DNA of 64,000 bases from Candidatus Bathyarchaeia archaeon (lineage in GTDB: Archaea > Thermoproteota > Bathyarchaeia > Bathyarchaeales > Bathycorpusculaceae): NCBI GenBank assembly GCA_038850545.1, contig JAWCLS010000001.1, positions 4,285 through 68,284 on the forward strand, given 5' to 3'. This document shows, piece by piece, positions 56,384-64,000 of this stretch (positions within the stretch are counted from its first letter, which is position 1; every line of letters begins with the position of its first letter). The notes under the pieces are model-generated. The model had not been told where the DNA came from. It did no database searches and saw only the letters and a program-made list of their open reading frames with translations. Made by a program: the position numbers and the translations under genes.

Positions 56384-56848
56384 GTGGTGGGTATGGGCTA
56401 CAAATATGTGCACACTAAGGACTCTTTGAGCCTCGACGACCTGATTAAGAGCATTAAAAGCAGAGAAGATTTCCAGAAAGCTGGGGCGATAGCCATATTC
56501 ATAGGTGTTGTGCGCGGTGAAACTTCAACTGGGGAAAGGGTTCAAAAGTTGGAGATAGAAGCCTATGAAGAGAAGGCTGACGAAGTTTTGTCAAATATAT
56601 GCCAAGACCTAAAGCATAAGGAGGGCGTTGTGGATGTTCAAATTCACCACTTTCGAGGCGATTTTCGCGTCGGTGAAGACTTGGTATACGTTATTGTGGC
56701 GGGTTCTCATCGGGAAACCGTTTTTCAAGTTTTAAGGGATGCTGTTGAAAGATATAAAAAGGAAGCTCCAATTTTCAAAAAAGAAATTGTAATAAACAAG
56801 GAAGGCAAAGTAAAATCTTGTTGGGTAACTGAAAGGGAAGTGCGTTAA
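56384..56848 (+). CDS. moaE: molybdopterin synthase catalytic subunit MoaE
   Basis: GAIAIFIGVVRGE...LEIEAYEEKA...PIFKKE is the MoaE pattern. Confidence 0.8.
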   Translation: MVGMGYKYVHTKDSLSLDDLIKSIKSREDFQKAGAIAIFIGVVRGETSTGERVQKLEIEAYEEKADEVLSNICQDLKHKEGVVDVQIHHFRGDFRVGEDLVYVIVAGSHRETVFQVLRDAVERYKKEAPIFKKEIVINKEGKVKSCWVTEREVR

Positions 56849-56890
56849 AACTTGTATTTTGCGAAGCGTTATTAGGTATATGTTTAAACT

Positions 56891-57577
56891 ATGATTGGAG
56901 ATGAGAATTTGGAAAAAAAGAGTTACGCTTGGTTTGAAAGACGGCGAAGAACTAAAGCCCTAGACTTGGCTCAGGAACAAATAACCAAGGCACTTGACAC
57001 GGTAACGCTTCTCAATCAAGCAATGCAGAAAATGTCGGAAAACAATAAGAAAGAGGCGATGCAAAACATTGAAAACATTTTTAAAGTAGAAAAAGAGGTT
57101 GACAGACTGAGAACAGAAGTTTTCAAAGAACTTTCAAAGGGTGTAGCCCTATTTGCAGAATACCGCGAAGACTTAATGCACCTTGTGAAAAGGCTTGACA
57201 CGCTTGCAGACCACGTGAAAGACGCGGCAAGATGCATTATAATGCTTGAGGAAGCTGTAATCCCTAAAGAGCTGTGGGAAAACACAGCTCGCACAACCTC
57301 AATTTTGGTGGAATGCGCTCATGCGCTACGGGGAAGTATAGAAAAAATTGCAGTGGACTCTGCTGCGGCTATAAATGGAGCAAAAAAGGTTGAAGAAATT
57401 GAAAAGAAAATAGACGATGAATACCTTAAAAATAAAACTCTGTTCATTAAATATGCCAGAGAAATGGACAGTGGCTCAATAGTTATATTCGACGACTTAG
57501 TGGAATTCATTGAGCACGCTGCAGACATGTGCGCTGACACAGCCGACTACATAGTAATCCTTGCCAGCAGAGAATAA
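56891..57577 (+). CDS. DUF47 / TIGR00153-family protein (PhoU-like)
   Basis: 228-aa helical repeat protein. The pattern EVDRLRTEV...HLVKRLDTLADHVKDAA...IEHAADMCADTAD is typical of DUF47. Confidence 0.7.
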   Translation: MIGDENLEKKSYAWFERRRRTKALDLAQEQITKALDTVTLLNQAMQKMSENNKKEAMQNIENIFKVEKEVDRLRTEVFKELSKGVALFAEYREDLMHLVKRLDTLADHVKDAARCIIMLEEAVIPKELWENTARTTSILVECAHALRGSIEKIAVDSAAAINGAKKVEEIEKKIDDEYLKNKTLFIKYAREMDSGSIVIFDDLVEFIEHAADMCADTADYIVILASRE

Positions 57578-57578
57578 A

Positions 57579-57854
57579 TTATTTGCCAGACTTGGCTAAA
57601 ACTTTTCCAAGAGCAAATGAGGCGCCTAAAACGAGAAAAGCGCCGAAAAAGCCTGCAAGCAGCGTCGATAAATAGGGGTTTTCAACCGTTGGCAAAGTAT
57701 AGTCTGGCATTATTCCCATCCATAGGGTTTCTGGTTCTTCAATTTTTAGGGTTTCAGCTACTTTTTCCAGTCCGTCGGGGTCTGTTGAAGCGAAGGGCGC
57801 TAAAACCGCAAAACTAACCAAAACAAGCATCAGTGCCTTAATTGGCCCCCGCAT
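57579..57854 (-). CDS. PDGLE-domain small membrane protein (CbiN-like accessory)
   Basis: A signal/TM segment is followed by TDPDGLEKV, then a C-terminal TM. It overlaps cbiM by 17 nt. Confidence 0.75.
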   Translation of the reverse strand: MRGPIKALMLVLVSFAVLAPFASTDPDGLEKVAETLKIEEPETLWMGIMPDYTLPTVENPYLSTLLAGFFGAFLVLGASFALGKVLAKSGK

Positions 57855-58512
57855 AGCATCCTCTCCTCATAAATGTTAAACCATTTAGAACTGTTGGGCG
57901 CAGTTTATACAATTGGGTTATGAATGTTGTTGTTATTGCCGCTTCGCCTAGCCCTATTAACACGTGCCAAAATAGCATGGCTGGAACGGTTACAGTCACG
58001 CCTCCGGCCTCCGAAAACATCGGGGAAAATCCTATTTCTAAGCCGCATGCTAGGGCGCCTAAAACAACTGAAAGCCATGAGGCAGCAAAAATGCTTAGGT
58101 AAAATCTTTTGCCCTTTTCAACGTTCCCGGAAATAAGCTTTAACAGGAAAAAGCTTAAGCCTCCTATAACAGCCATGTTGAGAATGTTTGCTCCTAAAGC
58201 AAGTATGCCTCCATCCGCAAAGAAGAATGCTTGAATCAGTAACACAATGGTCATGCTTAGAATTGCAGCGTGAGGGCCTAGAACAATGGAAAGGAAGGTG
58301 CCTCCGACTAAGTGTCCGCTCGTGCCATAAAGTATTGGAAAGTTTAACATTTGAGCCACAAAGACAAATGCGCTTGAAACAGCCAACAGCGGAGCCAGCG
58401 ATTGAGTATAAGCAGACTTAGCTTTTCTCCATGCCCAAGTAAGAGAAACCATAGATATGATCCACATGAAAGCGGCGATCTCTGGGCTTAGGAAACCATC
58501 AGGGATGTGCAT
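57838..58512 (-). CDS. cbiM: ECF-type cobalt/nickel transporter S component CbiM/NikM
   Basis: MHIPDGFLS is the invariant N-terminus (metal ligand His2). About 6 TM segments. Confidence 0.9.
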   Translation of the reverse strand: MHIPDGFLSPEIAAFMWIISMVSLTWAWRKAKSAYTQSLAPLLAVSSAFVFVAQMLNFPILYGTSGHLVGGTFLSIVLGPHAAILSMTIVLLIQAFFFADGGILALGANILNMAVIGGLSFFLLKLISGNVEKGKRFYLSIFAASWLSVVLGALACGLEIGFSPMFSEAGGVTVTVPAMLFWHVLIGLGEAAITTTFITQLYKLRPTVLNGLTFMRRGCYAGAN

Positions 58513-58523
58513 AGTGCTTCCTC

Positions 58524-58551
58524 GTAATACTTTTTTTAATAAAAGTATTAC
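58524..58551. promoter_or_regulatory. perfect 11-bp inverted repeat (candidate operator) immediately upstream of cbiM
   Basis: GTAATACTTTT (58524..58534), a 6-nt spacer TTTAAT, then AAAAGTATTAC (58541..58551). It sits 12 to 39 nt upstream of the cbiM ATG (58512). Confidence 0.5.
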
Positions 58552-58803
58552 CTAATAAACTTTTTCGCAGGCAAGCATATTAAATATCGCGAGAGTTGGG
58601 TTAAAGAGCTACAATGTGTTATACGGCGCATCATTAAAACTTCTATGAAAGAAATAGTTTCTCATAACTAATGGTTGAGAATGAGCCAAACCCCTTCCCG
58701 CGACCTGTAAGTGGTTCCGATTCTTGCCCTAGAGAATTCTCAACATACCATATAACAAACTTAGAGATACCAACTCCTAGAATATCAAAATTCACCAGTA
58801 AAT

Positions 58804-58928
58804 TGGCGCCGGGGAGGGGACTCGAACCCCTGCGAGCCCGAAGGCCCACTGGCTCTCCTGCTTATTCTAGCCCTTTATTATGGGGTTGGATCTCGAGGCC
58901 AGCGCGATAACCACTCCGCCACCCCGGC
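58804..58928 (-). tRNA. tRNA-Ser (anticodon CGA) with a 37-nt intron at the canonical 37/38 region (58855..58891) and a genomically encoded CCA
   Basis: Hand fold: acceptor GCCGGGG/CCCCGGC, discriminator G73, 3-bp D stem GCG/CGC and anticodon stem CUGGC/GCCAG. The loop is CU-CGA-GA after intron removal. It also has a long variable arm GGGCCUUCGGGCUC and a T arm AGGGG-UUCGAGU-CCCCU. Confidence 0.9.
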
Positions 58929-58969
58929 ACCGACGCGTTGAAGAAAGTGTTATCGTTGTCTAAAAGGTT

Positions 58970-59791
58970 TTATTGCGTTTTTAATAGTGATGGGAATAAC
59001 CACTTTTTCTTTTTCCTACTTTTTTCATGATCCCATTCATTCAGAATTCTTACTGCTTCGTTGGCGGTTTTTATGGCGTTTTCTTCGCCTGCTTCGGGTT
59101 TGAATTCATTTGTGCATCTGTTGGCGTAAACGGCGCATATGGCGCCTGCTCTTAACCCATATAGGTTTGCTAAGGTGTAGAGAGTTGCGGTTTCCATTTC
59201 AAGGTTGAGCACCCTAGCCTTCTGCATGGCTGATAGGAGAGTTTCCGTTTGCGAGATAGACGCGTGAGCTTTGGGTAAGCGGTTTTGTCCAGCATAGAAA
59301 TCTGCTGTTGTGGCGGTTACACCCACATGGTAGTTACTTATGCCAAGGGTTTCAGCTGCCTCGATCAAAGCCAGCAGCACCTCGTAATTGGCGGCAGCAG
59401 GGTATTCAGGCATAACGTAACAGTTGCTTGTGAAGTCTAGGCGAACGGCGGCTGAAGAAATTATCAAGTCTCCGCATTCAATGTCCTTTTGTATCGCGCC
59501 AGTGCTTCCCACGCGGATGAAAGTGTGAACTCCCAAAGCTGAAGCCTCGTTAACAACAATAGCCATGCAAGCTGGTCCAATACCGCTGGACAAGGCGGAG
59601 ATTGGAACGCCTTTATATTTGCCAGTGAAACTTCGAAATTCGCGGCGGCAGGAAACCTCTTTCGCTAAATCCCAGAACTTAGCTATCTTAGGAACACGAT
59701 CTGGATCTCCTGGAACAAGCAAGTACCCTGTCAAGTCGCCTTTTCTACATGCAATATGATACTGCTTTTCACCTGGTTCCAGTCGATGCAT
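58970..59791 (-). CDS. udp: nucleoside phosphorylase, PNP/UDP family 1 (uridine phosphorylase-like)
   Basis: LVPGDPDRV, SSGIGPACMAIVVNE, RVGSTGA and EMETA motifs are present. Confidence 0.8.
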   Translation of the reverse strand: MHRLEPGEKQYHIACRKGDLTGYLLVPGDPDRVPKIAKFWDLAKEVSCRREFRSFTGKYKGVPISALSSGIGPACMAIVVNEASALGVHTFIRVGSTGAIQKDIECGDLIISSAAVRLDFTSNCYVMPEYPAAANYEVLLALIEAAETLGISNYHVGVTATTADFYAGQNRLPKAHASISQTETLLSAMQKARVLNLEMETATLYTLANLYGLRAGAICAVYANRCTNEFKPEAGEENAIKTANEAVRILNEWDHEKSRKKKKWLFPSLLKTQ

Positions 59792-59817
59792 ATGGGCATG
59801 CCTCGCTCAGTACAACG

Positions 59818-60810
59818 CTAGGATTGCAGTTTCTTAGGCATCACTAAGTCTGCGATGTCCACGCTGTGCTCGTATATCTGCATTAAAGCTGAGGCTGCTG
59901 CGAGAAAATGGGGTACTAGGTCAGCGCTCTGCGCTTTAGTGCTCTTTTCCAAGACGGCGAAAGCCTTTTCAACATTTTCCCGCATACCCCCCACAGTCAC
60001 GGCTAGGCTAACATCGCCAGCCAGAAAAGCTTTCAAGGCATTTTCATGTGCCTCATAACAGATCGTGTGAAATTCCACGAGCAACTTTTTCAAATCCTCA
60101 GTTAACTTTGGGCCTTTCATCGTGATAACTTTGCATGCAGCGCGCACACATTCGTCGCCGATGTTTTCCACTAAGCTAGCCGCCAAACGGTAATCTAGAC
60201 ATTCAATTGGCTGCACGCCCAATTTCTCGCTTAAGCTTGGGTTTTGAATAATGGTTCGCAGAATGCGAATAAGGAGGAAGTATAACCTATCAACCTCCTC
60301 ATCGCGGGCTATAACACTTTTGGCTAAAGAAAAATCTCCGTTCATAAGCGCGTCAACAACGTCTCGGTGCATGCCAGCAGCAAGGGCATAGCCCCGTCGA
60401 AGAATCTTATCAGGGGGGAAGCTGGAAGGCTCCAGTAAACACTGTAAAACAATTTTGGAATAATCCTCCTCGACGATTTCCAAACCCACTAAACGGCTAA
60501 CAGTCTTTTTAACATCCTCTCGCACCTCAAAACTGACACGCTCCTTCCCCTCCACACGGATAATATCAAACCCAAGCAGATATTTCCCAATGATTTCACG
60601 GCTTAAATAGGGCACAGGCTTTAAAATGGCAACGCGTGGAGAAGCAACGGTTCCATACTCAGGGTCTATGAGAAGTTTACCATCACTGGTTTCGCTTATA
60701 GCAACCGTAGATCCGCGTTTTAAACCGTAGCGTTCAGCCCAATCCTTCGGTATACAAACAAAGAAAGTGCCGCTTGGAGTGCGTTGAACCTTTCGAATCT
60801 CGCCCATCAA
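59818..60810 (-). CDS. phoU: AbrB/SpoVT-domain + PhoU-domain regulator
   Basis: N-terminal SpoVT/AbrB swapped hairpin (FVCIPKDWAERYGLKRGSTVAI) is followed by two PhoU-like helical repeats (DEEVDRLYF..., HENALKAF...). Confidence 0.8.
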   Translation of the reverse strand: MMGEIRKVQRTPSGTFFVCIPKDWAERYGLKRGSTVAISETSDGKLLIDPEYGTVASPRVAILKPVPYLSREIIGKYLLGFDIIRVEGKERVSFEVREDVKKTVSRLVGLEIVEEDYSKIVLQCLLEPSSFPPDKILRRGYALAAGMHRDVVDALMNGDFSLAKSVIARDEEVDRLYFLLIRILRTIIQNPSLSEKLGVQPIECLDYRLAASLVENIGDECVRAACKVITMKGPKLTEDLKKLLVEFHTICYEAHENALKAFLAGDVSLAVTVGGMRENVEKAFAVLEKSTKAQSADLVPHFLAAASALMQIYEHSVDIADLVMPKKLQS

Positions 60811-60889
60811 CTCACCACAATAAAGGTATATTATGGCAAATATATTAACACATCTAGAGCATATATTTAATATATAAACTTAAGCGTGA

Positions 60890-61486
60890 GTGTTGATATT
60901 GGAAAACAAAGTTATAATCGGTATAGATCTTGCAGGTAAACCGGAAAATCCAACAGGGTGGGCACTGTGGCGAAACAGAAATGTGGAAACCTCTCTCATT
61001 TATACAAATAAGGAAATTTTGGAGAAAATCACACTCGTTAAACCAACAATTGTAGCAATTGATGCTCCCCTTAAACTCCCAAAAAAAGGCTTACTAAGAA
61101 AAGCGGATAAGGAGCTAATAAAGAGGGGATATCGCGTTTTCCCACCACGCTTAAAAGCCATGAAAAAGCTTACTCTCCGCGCAATTAAGCTAAATAAGTT
61201 GATAGGAGAGAAAGGAATAGAAACAATAGAAGTGCATCCAACATCAACCCGCAGGGCCCTCAACATGCCAATAAAAGACTGGAGAAAAATTCAAACGCTC
61301 CTAGAAAGCATGGGCCTAGAAGGAAGCCTAAAAACGTGCATATTGACACCTCATGAAATTGACGCAGTGACTGCTGCATTAACAGCGCACCTCTACAAAC
61401 AAGGCTTAACGGAAGCATTGGGAGACGAGGAAGGAGGATACATCATAGTGCCTAAAAAACAGGACTGGAGAAACATTAAACTATGA
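60890..61486 (+). CDS. DUF429 / COG2410 predicted RNase-H-fold nuclease
   Basis: VIIGIDLAGKPENPTGWALW...VAIDAPL...HEIDAVTAALTA is the DUF429 pattern. Confidence 0.65.
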   Translation: MLILENKVIIGIDLAGKPENPTGWALWRNRNVETSLIYTNKEILEKITLVKPTIVAIDAPLKLPKKGLLRKADKELIKRGYRVFPPRLKAMKKLTLRAIKLNKLIGEKGIETIEVHPTSTRRALNMPIKDWRKIQTLLESMGLEGSLKTCILTPHEIDAVTAALTAHLYKQGLTEALGDEEGGYIIVPKKQDWRNIKL

Positions 61487-63045
61487 GCCGCATTGAGAAA
61501 CTTCAAAAAGCAGTAGAATTAACCCTTTCAGCAGGATACCAGCTCAACAGAGACGCTTTTGACTTCTTAAACATGGCGGCAGCAACAGAAGACCCTGTGG
61601 AAATCATGAGCAAGGCGTTAGAAAAAATAGAGTCCCTTAAGGATAAGCCATTGTTTATTGGAAAAAGCTTACTTGAAGAGCTTACTGAGAAGCCGAAGCC
61701 TCTTAAAGAAGTGCCACCACAGCAGGAGATAGAGCAGGCTAAAATATTGCCTGAACCGCAACCGCAAATGCTGGAGGGAAAGAGGCTTTTCAGACCCTAT
61801 GCAAAAGAAGTTGAGGCAAACATTAACATAGTGGAGGATTTTGGCGGCAAGTTAAGTTCCAATGGAACAATAGAGAGGTATCTTGAATATTTCCGAGACA
61901 GGTTTAAGCGTCTTGAAAGGCTTTTGAGGCAGAGAATAGACGCTAAAAGCGCAACATCTATTGTCGAAGCCTTGAAGGCTCCGCCAAACACGAAGCTTAA
62001 AATAATTGGCATGGTTACCGAGAAGAGGGAGCAAAAGCAAAAAGTGTTCCTTACCATTGAAGATATGACTGCAAATGTAACTGTACTTGTGCCCCAGAAC
62101 TCTCCCAAGGAACTTTTGGATAAAGCAAGGATGCTCCTGCTGGATCAGGTTATCTGTGTAAGCGTTACTAAAACAAGAGGCAGCTTGCTGATTGCTGAAG
62201 ACATCATCTTGCCCAATATTGCTCAAAAGACTCGGAACAAAGCTTCAGTTCCTGTTTACGCCGTGCTCACATCGGATATGCATGTGGGCAGTGTAATGTT
62301 TCAGAAGGAAGCGTTCAACCGTTTCGTTTTATGGCTTAATGGCAAATATGGAAGCGAAGAAATGCGAGAAACAGCAAGCCATGTGAAGTACGTTCTAATA
62401 GCAGGGGACATTGTTGACGGCATAGGTGTTTACCCAAACCAGGGTAAGGAACTTCTAGTAAAAGACATTTACAGCCAGTACAAATTGGCCGCAAAATTCA
62501 TTGAGCAAATTCCGGACTACATAGAGGTTATAATTATACCTGGGAACCACGATGCGCCAAGAAATGCCCTGCCGCAACCGCCGATTTCAAACGCGTTTCT
62601 TGAACCACTGCAAGAGTCGAGGAAAGTTTACTCCTTGGGAAACCCATGCTTTTTGAGTCTTCACAACGTGGAAGTGCTAATGTATCATGGACGCAGCCTC
62701 GACGATGTATTATCCACTGTTCCAGGGATGGTTTATACGCATCCAGAGAAGGCTATGACCCTGCTTTTGCAGAGCCGCCATTTAGCACCTGTCTACGGCG
62801 GAAAAACCCCCCTGTCTCCTGAAAGCAGAGATTTTTTGGTTATTGAACGCGTTCCAGACATTTTCCATGCAGGGCATATACATACTTTAGGGCAAACCAA
62901 TTACAAAGGGGTGTCTGTGGTTAATTCAGGATGCTGGCAAGCGCAAACAGAGTACATGCGAAGGCTTGGGGTTGTTCCAACACCTTGTTTAGTCCCAGTG
63001 GTGAACCTTCAAACATTAGATGTTAGGGTTATTCCCTTTGCCTAG
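61483..63045 (+). CDS. polB: DNA polymerase II (PolD) small subunit DP1
   Basis: OB fold plus calcineurin-like phosphodiesterase motifs (SDMHVGS, GDIVDG, PGNHDA, GHIH) and SGCWQ. It overlaps the upstream gene by 4 nt. Confidence 0.9.
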   Translation: MSRIEKLQKAVELTLSAGYQLNRDAFDFLNMAAATEDPVEIMSKALEKIESLKDKPLFIGKSLLEELTEKPKPLKEVPPQQEIEQAKILPEPQPQMLEGKRLFRPYAKEVEANINIVEDFGGKLSSNGTIERYLEYFRDRFKRLERLLRQRIDAKSATSIVEALKAPPNTKLKIIGMVTEKREQKQKVFLTIEDMTANVTVLVPQNSPKELLDKARMLLLDQVICVSVTKTRGSLLIAEDIILPNIAQKTRNKASVPVYAVLTSDMHVGSVMFQKEAFNRFVLWLNGKYGSEEMRETASHVKYVLIAGDIVDGIGVYPNQGKELLVKDIYSQYKLAAKFIEQIPDYIEVIIIPGNHDAPRNALPQPPISNAFLEPLQESRKVYSLGNPCFLSLHNVEVLMYHGRSLDDVLSTVPGMVYTHPEKAMTLLLQSRHLAPVYGGKTPLSPESRDFLVIERVPDIFHAGHIHTLGQTNYKGVSVVNSGCWQAQTEYMRRLGVVPTPCLVPVVNLQTLDVRVIPFA

Positions 63046-63605
63046 GATAACCCCCGTGCAATGAGCCGGGCAACACGAATTGGCTCCGGTACTCTCCCGC
63101 ATGCTGCCAAGCTTTTTATTAAGCATTTAGCCCATTGAGCATCTGCGCCTATTGTTTCAATGTAAAGCGGGGGCTCTTCAGCTAAAACGTTTACCTTTTG
63201 AAAAGGGCCCAGTTTCTTTAGCACTTTCCAGCGGATTTGCCAATCTTTAAAGTGGCGAAGTAGAGCACGTCTTACAGCTTTGTTGTCTGGTTTTGTCCGT
63301 GAAATAACAATTACAGGTTTTTCAAATTTGTTAAAAAGAACTGTGGGGTCAATCAAGTTGAATCCTGCGAAAGAAACTCCAGCAAGCATAACTGCTTCAA
63401 AGTCCCATTTTTTTAGGGCTTTAACAACTTTCTCTGTTGCATCTAAACCATCAACTTTGACCTTTACAAACTTTACATCTTTAATTTCTAGTCCTTTGAG
63501 AAGCACCGTTGCAACTAACGCGTTTTTTGTAACTCCTTTTTTGAAGCTTCCATCCTCAACTCCTACTACCCGCATTTTTCGAAAGGCATTTTGGTTCATA
63601 ATCAA
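63042..63605 (-). CDS. DUF99 / UPF0215 family protein (named endonuclease dU in some databases)
   Basis: MRVVGVEDGSF... is the DUF99 N-terminal signature. Confidence 0.75.
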   Translation of the reverse strand: MIMNQNAFRKMRVVGVEDGSFKKGVTKNALVATVLLKGLEIKDVKFVKVKVDGLDATEKVVKALKKWDFEAVMLAGVSFAGFNLIDPTVLFNKFEKPVIVISRTKPDNKAVRRALLRHFKDWQIRWKVLKKLGPFQKVNVLAEEPPLYIETIGADAQWAKCLIKSLAACGRVPEPIRVARLIARGLS

Positions 63606-64000
63606 TCAGGCGCCCGAGTCTACCGTCATTAGAGAAAGTTTCTCTAATAAGTGTACGTGTAACCTCTAACCGAATCTTCTTTGTCCGCCCATACCTCCCC
63701 ATACTCACAATTTGAGCATTTAACAAGCCCAATGCGTCAAGTTCATTAACTAAAGTGCTTACACGCCTTTGCGTCAAGGGAGCTATGGCTAACTCTCCGC
63801 AGAGCTCATTGTACACGTCATATATTTCTCCCGTCACTGCGCGATAACCGTTTGCCCTTATCAGATGGAAAACGCTTAGAACAACAAGTTTTGAGTGTAA
63901 TGTTAAGTTTGTCAAAGCCTCAATAATGCGGTTGTGCTCAATGAGTTTTTCAGCTTCCCTAACGTGTTCTTCGTTAACAACCCTCGCGCCCGTCCGTTCC
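63556..64000 (-). CDS. cdc6: Orc1/Cdc6 replication initiator, C-terminal part only (5' end beyond the window)
   Basis: The AAA+ lid plus winged-helix domain are present: ...LTLHSKLVVLSV...TGEIYDVYNELC...TQRRVSTLVNELDALGLLNAQIVSMGRYGRTKKI. The frame stays open to position 64000. Confidence 0.85.
   Translation of the reverse strand, partial: ERTGARVVNEEHVREAEKLIEHNRIIEALTNLTLHSKLVVLSVFHLIRANGYRAVTGEIYDVYNELCGELAIAPLTQRRVSTLVNELDALGLLNAQIVSMGRYGRTKKIRLEVTRTLIRETFSNDGRLGRLIDYEPKCLSKNAGSRS

Noticed and set aside
58643-58910. ORFs 58643..58849 (-) and 58671..58910 (+)
   Set aside because: They overlap the tRNA-Ser gene and its flanks. They have no coding signature or family similarity.
1-64000. 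CRISPR arrays, IS elements, integrases, prophage or other defence islands
   Set aside because: I saw no regularly spaced direct repeats, transposase/integrase-like ORFs or terminal inverted repeats. The gene content is a uniformly housekeeping core genome.
63556-64000. Replication origin within the window next to cdc6
   Set aside because: Only the 3' part of cdc6 is in the window. The upstream region, where ORB elements normally lie, is beyond position 64000, and no ORB-like repeats were seen in the visible spacers.

Overview
This is a densely coding (about 90%) archaeal chromosomal core segment with about 80 protein genes on both strands and one intron-containing tRNA-Ser(CGA). I found no rRNA, CRISPR array, IS element, integrase or provirus. 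Content is mainly informational and housekeeping. It includes a thermosome subunit, proteasome beta, RpoK, an archaeal histone and r-proteins S26e, S25e, S17e, S15 and S3Ae. It also includes SerS, Kae1/Bud32/Pcc1 (KEOPS), a RecJ/GAN-like DHH protein, PolD small subunit and a partial Orc1/Cdc6. Metabolic genes include GlmS, PyrF, PyrC, NadC, NadM, MoaE, a MoaD-like SAMP, RtcA, FAU-1, Trm5, RlmE, UDG and Ogt. The combination of PolD, S25e/S26e, a histone and a TFE-beta-like protein suggests a TACK/Bathyarchaeia-like or related lineage. That placement is inference only. Many genes appear to start at TTG or GTG behind GGAGG/GGTGA-type Shine-Dalgarno motifs.

Most interesting observations:
- The pcm gene at the left edge is interrupted by a 32-nt insert. 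The insert folds into a near-canonical bulge-helix-bulge (BHB) motif, and canonical cleavage restores the conserved reading frame exactly. This makes it a candidate archaeal mRNA intron.
- A co-directional cassette runs ParB/Srx-like protein, stand-alone TrpB2, ATP-NAD-kinase-like protein, DegT aminotransferase, COG2403 P-loop protein and cyclophilin-like protein, with a divergent ACT-domain regulator. It looks like an uncharacterised, possibly O-phosphoserine-based, amino-acid-derived biosynthetic module.
- Smaller items are a GuaA-like PP-loop enzyme with a duplicated C-terminal domain, a TFE-beta-like wHTH/Cys-cluster protein, an 11-bp perfect palindrome in front of an orphan cbiM-PDGLE pair, an unlisted RHH mini-gene and two structured intergenic elements.
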